Assembly: GCA_024346625.1 (NCBI GenBank)
Contig: AP024666.1
Location: 1,488,001-1,552,000, forward strand
Length of the DNA: 64,000 bases
From: Williopsis jadinii
Lineage: Eukaryota
Direction: 5' to 3'
Shown: positions 55,189 to 64,000 of the stretch, one piece after another
How positions within the stretch are numbered: the first letter of the stretch is position 1
How the letters are laid out: each line of letters begins with the position of its first letter
Notes under the pieces: generated by a model
What the model saw: only the letters and a program-made list of their open reading frames with translations
Database searches by the model: none
Told to the model about the DNA's origin: nothing
Program-made: the position numbers and the translations under genes

Positions 55189-56430
55189 CTATACCACTTC
55201 GACAATTTCATCATCATCACTTGATTCCTCTTCTGCTTCTTCTTCAAGACGTTGTTCGATTTTCTTAGCTTCTTCCTCGTCAGACTCGATATCACCCAAC
55301 TCTTCCTTTGTTGGTATTTCCTCCATTTTGTCATTGTTAGGATCTTCATCTCTCATCAGCATCTGGACTATACGGTCACAAATCTCTTGGACTTTATCGT
55401 TGTTACTATTCTTGTACAATTCTCTAATCAGTGGGTAAACGGATTTGGAGCGGAGATACTCTCTTGCTGATTTTGTTGAACAAAGGAGTAACAAACTTTC
55501 CAAATGGACACAGATGATCTCTTCAATTGGCTCTCTTCTCTTGTCGTCTGGAAGTAACTGCAATTCATCTGGTAGCTTGAACAATTCTTCCTCGTCCAGG
55601 TTGGCATCCTCAGATGTTGCAATTGGTAAGAGCAAATAAGGCAAGATATTAACACCATCTTCATCTAACAGGTTCACATGAGCCTCAACCTCAAACAGAG
55701 AGTTCTTGATCGTTGAGGCAACACCTTCACGTCTAACTTTGGAGTCATACATCTCAGTGAACACCAACAGTTTACTGATTGGCACAACGCCATCGTATTT
55801 TTGCTCTGTGACAAAATATTTTCTGCCTTCAACAAATCTCGACACATCTGCAAAGAAGAAGGAGAGATAGTCGAAGTTTGCCGATTGGTTAAAAGATTTA
55901 TCGGCACCCTTAACAAACACATCGATGAGACAATCGATGGCCTTTGGGCTCTTGAAAACATCACTGGATGCAGTTTGGACTTTATCAAAGGTGAAGAACT
56001 TCTTTGCATTTTCATGCTTGGCAACGTTTGCCAATAGAATGCAAACCAAATCAGCGTTTCTGTTATTGACATCCAATATGCTGTTAACCAAGAATTGTAG
56101 ATACTCGTCATCTGTAGCAATTATGTCTCTAACCTTCAAGTCAGAGCACAGGTTGGCCAGTATGGTAAATGCATGCAATGCTGTGGTTCTTCCAATACTC
56201 ATTGACAGCACCTTAAGATCCAGGATCGGTCTAAAGTTGTCGTTATGGAATACACTGGCCTGAGGACCTACAGAGAACCCAACAAGGTGTTCCAATGCCA
56301 CTGATCTTACAGGGTCTCTTTCATCATGTAAGAACTCCACAAGCTATTCATACCGAGTTAGTAATTGGTCTCGCTGTATAGCAAACCATTTGAATATACC
56401 ACGAACCTCTTCTAGCTCCGACTTAGCCAT
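55189..56430 (-). CDS. HGH1: eEF2 chaperone Hgh1; 2 exons: 56430-56407 and 56343-55189
   Basis: Spliced MAKSELEELVEFLH; intron 56406-56344 GTTCGT...TACTAAC...TAG (63 nt); RREGVASTIKNSLF, LPDELQLLP.DK.RE, VYPLIRE. Confidence 0.94.
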
Positions 56431-56496
56431 TGTTCTCTGCCTTTTCAACGTGAATGCTGAACCGTTGTTAATGATTTTACTAAGCACTACATCCAG

Positions 56497-56535
56497 TGAA
56501 AATTTACTCAGTCCTGTGCTGCCCCGACCGATGAG
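56497..56535. promoter_or_regulatory. RRPE- and PAC-like elements upstream of HGH1
   Basis: TGAAAATTT at 56497-56505 and CGATGAG at 56529-56535. Confidence 0.55.
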
Positions 56536-56611
56536 CAGAGAGCCGCGAACTCGTTTTGTAAAGAGCGCTTTCTCTGTTTGCGGTTAAACTTTCCAGAAGT
56601 TTCCACGGGAC

Positions 56612-56623
56612 ACATCCGTACAC
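56612..56623 (+). promoter_or_regulatory. Rap1-like site upstream of MBF1
   Basis: ACATCCGTACAC, close to the classical UASrpg sequence. Confidence 0.5.
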
Positions 56624-56734
56624 CAAATATTCCCCCTGGGCTCTTTTTCCCTATTTTCGCCACAGCTTAGACCTTTTCGACGAATTCTGTTGCATCGTAA
56701 GACTAAGCAAGAAGAAGCTTATCGTATTGCAAAG

Positions 56735-57187
56735 ATGTCAGACTGGGATAACGTTACAATCATTGGTTCCAAGGCGCGTATTGGTGGTGGTGGTCCAAGA
56801 GCACAAGTTGCAAAGACCCAATCACAGATCAACGCTGCCAGAAGAACCGGTGCTGTCCTGTCTGTTGACAAGAAGTACGGTTCTTCCAACAGATCCAATG
56901 ACGTTGAAGGTCAAAGATTGACCAAGATTGATAGAACAGACGATGTCGTTGCCCCAAAGAAGGTGGATGCCAGTGTTGGTAAGGCCATTGCCAGAGCCAG
57001 ACAGGAGAAGAAGTGGACGCAGAAGGACCTGGCCACCAAGATCAACGAGAAGCCAACCGTCATCAACGACTACGAGGCTGGTAGAGCCATCCCACAGCAA
57101 CAAGTTCTTGGTAAGCTGGAGAGAAACTTGGGTGTCAAATTGAGAGGTAAGGACATTGGTGCTCCATTGCACGGTCCAAAGAAGTGA
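56735..57187 (+). CDS. MBF1: Multiprotein bridging factor 1
   Basis: [47 protein letters not shown]. Confidence 0.97.
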   Translation: MSDWDNVTIIGSKARIGGGGPRAQVAKTQSQINAARRTGAVLSVDKKYGSSNRSNDVEGQRLTKIDRTDDVVAPKKVDASVGKAIARARQEKKWTQKDLATKINEKPTVINDYEAGRAIPQQQVLGKLERNLGVKLRGKDIGAPLHGPKK

Positions 57188-57521
57188 TTTGAAGGGGAAT
57201 TGTTCCTCTTTATAACCCTTTTTAATGTTATGACGTTATGGAGTTTCTAAGTGTCTATCGTAGTAGCCTGACAGCTCTGCTGTTTGTCTCATCCCGTATG
57301 TCCTGTCTCTTCTATCCTTTCTTGTCCCGGACAATCTTCAGCATTCGTCTGCCCCAGGACATGTCCCGCTTTGTCATTTTCAGTTCCAGGACAAAAAAGC
57401 ATCGACAAAAGGAAAAAAGCCAAAAAAAAATGTCCAAAACAAACAAACACTGCAATCAAACACTGGAATCAAACACTCGGACACCAAACAACAAGACAAA
57501 AGTCCCTTGTAGCTCAGAAAG

Positions 57522-58763
57522 ATGGCATCCCTTGACTTCACACCACAATACAAAGATGATGAGGTGTACTCCCTCGCTGGCAAAGCGTTGAAGTTCGATA
57601 CTCACAAGGACATTGAGCCTTACCTCAAGGAACTCGATGAGTTGAAGAACGTCAAGAAGATCGACTTCTCAGGCAACACCATTGGTATTGATGCTTCAAA
57701 GCATCTTGCTGACTCATTGAAATTGCACAAGGATACGCTGGAGGAGGTGAACTTCTCTGATTTGTTCACTGGTCGATTGAACACTGAGATTCCACAATCG
57801 TTGGACTATTTGCTCCCGGCTTTGCTCGATGCTCCAAAGTTGCACATCATCAACTTGAGTGACAATGCCTTTGGTCTACAAACCATTGAGCCTGTTGAGA
57901 GATTCCTACCAAAGGCTGTGTATTTGGAGCACTTGATCCTCTCCAACAACGGTATGGGTCCATTTGCCGGTGAACGTATCGGTAAATGTCTGTACAAGCT
58001 GAGTCTCAACAAGAAGAAGTTGGCACTACCTTCGTTGAAGACTTTTATCTGCGGAAGAAACAGATTGGAGAATGGCTCAACCACTTATTTGTCCATCGGT
58101 TTGAAAGCACATGCTGACTTACAAGTTGTGAAGTTATACCAGAATGGTATCAGACCTCAAGGTATTGCTAGATTGATTACCCAAGGTTTGAAGCATAACT
58201 CACAATTGACCATCATCGACTTGCAAGACAACACCATCACAAAGAGGTCTGCAAAGATCTTGGCTGACCACTTGTCGTCTTGGAAGAACTTGAAAGAGTT
58301 GAACGTTAACGACTGTTTGTTGAACCCATTGGGCTCGCTTGAGTTGGCCAAGGCATTGAAAGGTGGTGACGTCCTTGAGAACTTCAAAGTGTTGAAATTG
58401 CAGTACAACGAGCTGGACCAAGAGGCATTGGAGCTGTTGAAAGATGCCATCTCCGATAAATTGCCAAACTTGGAACTTTTGGAGTTGAACGGTAACAGAT
58501 TTGAAGAGGAGAATAACGTTATCGATGAAATCAACGCCATCTTTGAGGACAGAGGCGTTGGTGAACTCGATGAGCTTGACGACTTGGAAGAACTCGACAG
58601 TGATGAAGATGAAACAGACAGTGAAAAGGAGGAATCCGAGGAGGAGATTGAAGCTGAAATCTTGGAGAAGGAGCTTGAACAAGAACAAGAGGTTTACACT
58701 CCTGACAACAATGACAAGGATGTCACTAAACTCGCGGAGGAATTGGAGAAGGCTACGATATAA
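57522..58763 (+). CDS. RNA1: Ran GTPase-activating protein
   Basis: LRRs with SGNTIG, SDLFTGRL, LSDNAFG, CGRNRLENG, QNGIRP; acidic tail. Confidence 0.97.
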   Translation: MASLDFTPQYKDDEVYSLAGKALKFDTHKDIEPYLKELDELKNVKKIDFSGNTIGIDASKHLADSLKLHKDTLEEVNFSDLFTGRLNTEIPQSLDYLLPALLDAPKLHIINLSDNAFGLQTIEPVERFLPKAVYLEHLILSNNGMGPFAGERIGKCLYKLSLNKKKLALPSLKTFICGRNRLENGSTTYLSIGLKAHADLQVVKLYQNGIRPQGIARLITQGLKHNSQLTIIDLQDNTITKRSAKILADHLSSWKNLKELNVNDCLLNPLGSLELAKALKGGDVLENFKVLKLQYNELDQEALELLKDAISDKLPNLELLELNGNRFEEENNVIDEINAIFEDRGVGELDELDDLEELDSDEDETDSEKEESEEEIEAEILEKELEQEQEVYTPDNNDKDVTKLAEELEKATI

Positions 58764-58788
58764 GACTGAAGTCTCTATAGAATTACTA

Positions 58789-59784
58789 TCAATCAACGTT
58801 TAGCTTTAACTGTTTCTGCATAGCTTCGAGTATCCTATCCTTTTCTATCCATTCATTCTCTAACCACTTCTGCAACTTCCTCTCTTTTAATGGCAACTTG
58901 TTCAAGGGCCTCAATCGGATATCCACGTCAATGATGAATACAGGCTGTTTCAACGTCAAGATTTCAAAGAGCGTAGGGTTTGTAAAACAATTCTTCATTG
59001 GGTTGTAGTACAAGATGGTTATGCCAACAAATGTCTTCAAATATGAATAAGAGACACCTTTCCCTATAGATTTGATCAAGTTGGTAAAGTTGTTGAACCT
59101 TGGGTAGAGTAGATTGTTGAACTGTGGAAGGTAGTGCTTCTCCAGCTGTTGATTCTGTAACGATAGGCTCCTATCAGTGACGATATTGACCTCTGGAAAA
59201 TGGGCGATCCAACTATTAACACCACAGCTTCTCTGCCTCTTTAGGGTCGTTAGCTCTCGCTCCAAGTCCATGGGACTCATCTGCCAATTTTCATCGTTGT
59301 TGAATACGTTCCAAAGGAGCTTTAAACTGGGTCCTTTCCAAAGAGAATTCCACGTAAAGAAGCTCAACGATATCCTCTCCATCGTTGCCTTCTCCACAAG
59401 CGTCTTCAAGTAGTACAACAACATATAGTCAAAGAGCGACTTGTGGTTCGACACAACCACACAGTTCTTCAACGCCTCGTGAACCTCCGCATCTTTCAAG
59501 TTGACACCACTCACAACGATTTTGATCTTCCTCTTGTTGATCAAATATATCAACAGAGTCCAAAACACGTCAACCATGGAATCCTTCACAGTGCACATCG
59601 TGCTCTCCGGTATCATGAACAATATATACCACCACGCTGTCATCTGAGCTTCCAACATGAGATACACAAGAAACACCATAACAAGCATCAATCCTTTCGA
59701 CACGTTTGATATTGAAAGCTCCTGTGGCGCCGGGTGTATGCCAATGTCGCCTAGTATCTCTAGTGATAACAGTCTACGGCTCAT
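58789..59784 (-). CDS. MUM3: PlsC-like acyltransferase-family protein, Mum3-like
   Basis: SNHKSLFD (HX4D), FPEVNI, LLYPRF, LQKWLENEWIEKD; MUM3 neighbours MBF1 in S. cerevisiae; start assumed at ATG 59784. Confidence 0.72.
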   Translation of the reverse strand: MSRRLLSLEILGDIGIHPAPQELSISNVSKGLMLVMVFLVYLMLEAQMTAWWYILFMIPESTMCTVKDSMVDVFWTLLIYLINKRKIKIVVSGVNLKDAEVHEALKNCVVVSNHKSLFDYMLLYYLKTLVEKATMERISLSFFTWNSLWKGPSLKLLWNVFNNDENWQMSPMDLERELTTLKRQRSCGVNSWIAHFPEVNIVTDRSLSLQNQQLEKHYLPQFNNLLYPRFNNFTNLIKSIGKGVSYSYLKTFVGITILYYNPMKNCFTNPTLFEILTLKQPVFIIDVDIRLRPLNKLPLKERKLQKWLENEWIEKDRILEAMQKQLKLNVD

Positions 59785-60130
59785 AGCTGTGTCTATGCTG
59801 AACCGGCCGCCTACTCCATAAGTAAACAGCGATAAAAGAAGTAGAAATACCAATCAACGTTCAATATGCTCCAAGGTAGCGAACTGTGACACAAAACATA
59901 TTTGTGGACAGCATTCTCCTTCTACACAACAGCTTATAGCATCAATTGAACAATGTCAAATGAGCCACACCAGTCTATGCGCCTCATCCACCAGCGTGTG
60001 GCACGCTCCTGCTCCTACAAACAGGGTATAAAGTGGCGTATTTGTCGAGAAAGTGGACAGAAAGTGGGGAGAAAGCGTTGATCTTAGCACAAGGGTATAA
60101 TGTCGCCCTCGGAAGTTGCCCAATCAGGCA

Positions 60131-60160
60131 GCTCATCGCCCCCGGAACAGCAATTTTTCA
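60131..60160. promoter_or_regulatory. PAC and RRPE ribosome-biogenesis elements upstream of MRD1
   Basis: GCTCATCGC at 60131-60139 and AATTTTTCA at 60152-60160. Confidence 0.7.
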
Positions 60161-60292
60161 CCTGCAAGTGCGAGACATAAATTTAATACCCGATCAATAG
60201 GCAATAGAAAACTTTTCATTTGGGTCCTGAACACAGGTTACATCTTCAGGTGTGTGTGTGTTTTACGCTAGAGTTGAAGAGTTGTGAAAGCC

Positions 60293-62806
60293 ATGTCTCG
60301 TATTATTGTTAAGAACCTGCCAAAGTATATAACCGAGGAAAGGTTACAGGAGCACTTCTCCAAGAAGGGACAGGTTACAGACGTTAAGCTAAGAAAGAAC
60401 TCCAAAGGTGAATCCAGAAGGTTTGCGTTTATCGGGTTCAAAAGTGATCAAGATGCTGAAGACTGTGTGAAGTACTTTGATGGGTCCTTCCTGGACACTG
60501 CTAAGCTCTCCGTTTCGTTGGCGAAGAGTTTTGCCGACCCAACAGTGCCAAAATCGTTCAAGGAGAAGAGAAGAGAGGCATTGCAAAGAGTCAAGGAACG
60601 TGAACAGAGAGAACAGGAGAAGGAGGAGAGAATCAGGGAGAGAAAGAGACAGAAACTTGAAAAGAAGAACAGAATTGATGATGAAATTGCACAGAACCCT
60701 GAGTTGCAAGAGTTCATCCAGGCTACAAACCCCTCTGGTCAGACTAAATCTTGGTCAAACGATATCGTTGTCAATGAAGGTGGTGCTCCATCTAACTCGC
60801 TATTAGAACAGGCACTTGCTCTGAAATCCGGTGAATCTGTTGAGAATAAGTTCCAGAATGAGGTTGCAGATGAAATCTTCAAGTTACCAGAGAATGAAAG
60901 TGACGATGATTACGAAGATTTTGGTGAAAAGAAGAACGACCAGGAAGAAGAAGATGAGCCGATGATGGGCTTGGATGCATTCAACAATGCTGAAGCCAAG
61001 GGGGAGCAGGAGAGTAAGGAGAACGATGAGGCCATCTCTGATCTCGAATGGTTGAAGAAGAGAAGAATTAGAATTTCAGAGAATGAAGCTGCCACAACTA
61101 TAACTGAACCTTCAAAATCAGAAGAGAAGGTAGTTGAAGATGGCAAACTTCAACAACAAATATCCGAACCACTTGAACCCCTTGAACCGGAAAAGAACGA
61201 TGAGGAGCTATCAATTGAGAAGATTAGGGAAACCGGGCGTTTATTCTTGAGAAACATCCTATACACGGCTACAGAGGATGAGTTCAGAACACTGTTTGGC
61301 AAATTTGGAGAGTTGGAAGAGGTTCATATTGCCATTGATACAAGAACAGGTAAATCCAAGGGGTTCTGTTATATCAAATTTGTAAATCCTGACGATGCTG
61401 TGAACGCATATATCGAACTCGATAAGCAAATCTTCCAAGGTCGTTTGATGCATATCATTCCAGCAGAAGGGAAGAAAGATCACAGATTAGATGAATTTGA
61501 CTTGAAGAATCTGCCGTTGAAGAAGCAGAGAGAGCTCAAGAAGAAGAACGATGCTTCGAAATCCCAGTTCAGTTGGAACTCGCTTTATTTGAACCAAGAT
61601 GCTGTGATGGACACCATTGCAGCAGACTTGGGTGTTCAAAAGTCCGAATTGATCGATCCAGAGAACGCCAGCTCGGCTGTGAAACAGGCATTGGCAGAAG
61701 CACATGTTATCGGAGATGTGAGGAAGTTCTTTGAGAATAAAGGCATTGATCTTTTGAAATTCCAAACCAAAGAACGTGACGATGCTGTCTTACTCGCTAA
61801 AAATATTCCTTACGGCACAACAGAGTCTGAGATATTGGATTTATTTAGCCCATATGGTGAGTTAAAGAGAGTCATCATGCCACCTTCCGGTACGATAGCC
61901 ATTGTTCAATATAGAGATGCACCAAGTGGGAGAAGTGCTTTCACTAAGCTCTCCTACAGAAGGTTTAAGAAGAGTATTCTCTATCTTGAGAAGGGGCCAA
62001 AAGACTTGTTCACAAGAGCACCATCTGAAGATGAAATTGTCACAACTTCTGAAGTCAAAGAAGATGCAAAGGAGATCCAACATAACGAAAAGGATATTAT
62101 TGAAGAGGATACCGAAGTGTTTGAAGGACCAACTGTATCGGTATTTGTGAAGAACTTGAACTTTTCCACAACACCACAGGATCTCACCAAGCTCATGTCA
62201 AAATTGGATGGATTTGTCCTTGCTACGATCAAGACCAAACCTGATCCAAGAGACTCAACAAAGACACAAAGCATGGGATACGGGTTTGCCGAATTCAAGA
62301 CGAAGGATCAAGCAAACACTGCAGTTCGTGCTATTGATGGTGTTGTTCTCGATGGCCATAAACTTTCCCTGAAGCTCTCGCATCGTCAAAGCACAGCTTC
62401 GTCGTCATCATCCTCCAAGAAATCCAAATCCAAATCCTCCAAGATCATTGTCAAGAACTTACCGTTTGAGGCTACAAGAAAGGACGTCTTCGAGCTTTTC
62501 AATTCGTTTGGTCAACTCAAATCTGTCAGAGTTCCAAAGAAATTCGACAAGTCTGCAAGAGGTTTTGCCTTTGTTGAGTTCTTGTTACCTAACGAAGCTG
62601 AGGCTGCTATGGATCAACTCCAAGGTGTCCATCTCCTTGGTAGACGCTTGGTTATGCAATATGCAGAGCAAGATAGTGGGGATGCAGAGGCTGAAATAGA
62701 AAAGATGACAAAGAAGGTGAAGAAGCAAGTCGCTACAACTCAGTTAGGAGCTTTAAGATCTAATGGGAAAAGAAAACTTGACTTGGGAGATGAGGACGAA
62801 GAGTGA
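60293..62806 (+). CDS. MRD1: Multiple-RRM pre-rRNA processing protein Mrd1
   Basis: MSRIIVKNLP start, five RRMs (RRFAFIGF, KGFCYIKF, GTIAIVQY, GYGFAEF, RGFAFVEF), FSWNSLYLN. Confidence 0.97.
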   Translation: MSRIIVKNLPKYITEERLQEHFSKKGQVTDVKLRKNSKGESRRFAFIGFKSDQDAEDCVKYFDGSFLDTAKLSVSLAKSFADPTVPKSFKEKRREALQRVKEREQREQEKEERIRERKRQKLEKKNRIDDEIAQNPELQEFIQATNPSGQTKSWSNDIVVNEGGAPSNSLLEQALALKSGESVENKFQNEVADEIFKLPENESDDDYEDFGEKKNDQEEEDEPMMGLDAFNNAEAKGEQESKENDEAISDLEWLKKRRIRISENEAATTITEPSKSEEKVVEDGKLQQQISEPLEPLEPEKNDEELSIEKIRETGRLFLRNILYTATEDEFRTLFGKFGELEEVHIAIDTRTGKSKGFCYIKFVNPDDAVNAYIELDKQIFQGRLMHIIPAEGKKDHRLDEFDLKNLPLKKQRELKKKNDASKSQFSWNSLYLNQDAVMDTIAADLGVQKSELIDPENASSAVKQALAEAHVIGDVRKFFENKGIDLLKFQTKERDDAVLLAKNIPYGTTESEILDLFSPYGELKRVIMPPSGTIAIVQYRDAPSGRSAFTKLSYRRFKKSILYLEKGPKDLFTRAPSEDEIVTTSEVKEDAKEIQHNEKDIIEEDTEVFEGPTVSVFVKNLNFSTTPQDLTKLMSKLDGFVLATIKTKPDPRDSTKTQSMGYGFAEFKTKDQANTAVRAIDGVVLDGHKLSLKLSHRQSTASSSSSSKKSKSKSSKIIVKNLPFEATRKDVFELFNSFGQLKSVRVPKKFDKSARGFAFVEFLLPNEAEAAMDQLQGVHLLGRRLVMQYAEQDSGDAEAEIEKMTKKVKKQVATTQLGALRSNGKRKLDLGDEDEE

Positions 62807-63691
62807 ACCTTTCCCTCCTTCTCATTACGTTTATAGGGGTATAAAGACAAAACTATTGAATCATCCTGCCAACGCAACTGTTGACCTTGGTAATATTACT
62901 TATGTCCTGTAGAGTCTACATTCCAAGCCACAGTGGCTTATATTCTCAGTGCCATAATTTGTGGCTTTCAGTGGCTTTTTCAACTTCACTCATCTTGAAT
63001 AAGTTGCTGCAATACCATGCTAGATATAATACTTTTTTTTTGCCTAGCATACACAGTATGGTTATTATCTTCACGGTTACAGAACAGGTTTTGCTTAAGA
63101 GAGATGGGAGATTGCTTTATATGACCCTTTCATTCTTTGCATTTATTGTTAGCAACTCGCTGGGCAGCGACCGCCTCATCTGTTTCTTCGATGCACCTTT
63201 TACAGGTTGTCCCCTGCATCAGTTTGAAGGCAACCGTTTCGACAGGGCAGGATGAACAATTTTCCTCCAAGATGCTTTATCTTAGTCGCTGGTGTACTGG
63301 TGCTAATGACCGGCCAGGGAAACCACATCTGATGAATCTCAAAGATTGGACAAAAAATACCAATGGTTTATCGGCTATGTTGCCTTATTAACATGTGGCA
63401 CTGTGGCGAATTCGTTGTGGCACATGGGCCAGTCCTTCTGGCAACGTCATCGCGAGCAAAAAGTATACAGATGTAGAGGCGAAAATGTGTGAAAAAACAT
63501 GAAAAAAGAAAGAAATTAGGTATTGTTGAGCATCTGCTTGCATAAAAGCCATAGTGCTGTCCATGAACCGACGATCGAGTTGCTATGATATATGTTAAGA
63601 TTCAATCACCAATTTTGTAGTATAAAAAGCTGGCCATAACTCCCCTGCTTCTTTGAATACGCTAAATGTCTTTATCAAGGCTTTATCTGAT

Positions 63692-64000
63692 ATGGCTTTA
63701 ACGAAGGAAGACAGTAAAGACTATGAAAAATACCTGGAAGAGTCGTCGAATGGGGTTCCATTAACGGTCAATGTGCCTTCAAACTCCTATGACGACGAAG
63801 AGACCTTAGAGGCAGACGCCATCCTTCATAAGGAGATTGAGGAAGAAGAAGGCAACCAGATCAAATACCGTTCTTGTTCATGGCAGCGTACAGCGATGCT
63901 TCTATTCTCCGAGTACATCTGTCTTGCCATCATGTCCTTCCCGTGGTCATACTCGGTGCTGGGGTTGATTCCAGGCCTTATAATCACCGTATTTGTCGCA
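63692..64000 (+). CDS. AAAP-family neutral amino-acid permease (Mtr-like), N-terminal part; runs off window end
   Basis: Not in ORF track. Hand translation MALTKEDS...IKYRSCSWQRTAMLLFSEYICLAIMSFPWSYSVLGLIPGLIITV; TATAAAA at 63621. Confidence 0.88.
   Translation, partial: MALTKEDSKDYEKYLEESSNGVPLTVNVPSNSYDDEETLEADAILHKEIEEEEGNQIKYRSCSWQRTAMLLFSEYICLAIMSFPWSYSVLGLIPGLIITVFVA

Noticed and set aside
1..64000. tRNA, rRNA, CRISPR arrays, prokaryotic operons or defence systems
   Set aside because: No cloverleaf with A/B boxes, rDNA or regular repeat-spacer array seen by eye; the sequence is clearly fungal nuclear DNA. A tRNAscan/Infernal run would be needed to exclude small RNAs.

Overview
Eukaryotic DNA from a budding yeast (Saccharomycotina). 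Standard-code CTG=Leu usage, short TACTAAC-branch introns, a retained Mago nashi gene and extensive micro-synteny with S. cerevisiae suggest a Phaffomycetaceae-like (Cyberlindnera/Wickerhamomyces-type) yeast; this placement is inference. About 26 protein genes are supported: DAM1 (partial), SHY1, two tandem OPT oligopeptide transporters, an MFS sugar/quinate-type porter, MAE1, an OCH1-family mannosyltransferase, RSR1, AIM41, RUD3, RFC1, MKK1/2, ZWF1, an F-box/LRR protein, divergent UBR1 and UBR2, TYS1, a 3-exon Mago nashi, TFG1, HGH1, MBF1, RNA1, a MUM3-like acyltransferase, MRD1 and a partial Mtr-type amino-acid permease. Five introns missed by the ORF track were resolved by hand. Main points of interest: (1) an exon-junction-complex Mago gene lying between TYS1 and TFG1, which are adjacent in S. 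cerevisiae; (2) Ubr1 with an ~820-aa acidic then Ser/Thr/Lys-rich tail, head-to-head with Ubr2 and next to an F-box gene; (3) dense GACA/TGTC motif clusters in core-gene promoters; (4) patchy gene conversion between the OPT paralogs in a gene-poor transporter island at 1.8-19.6 kb. I found no tRNA, rRNA, CRISPR array or intact transposon, and no clearly new multi-gene system.
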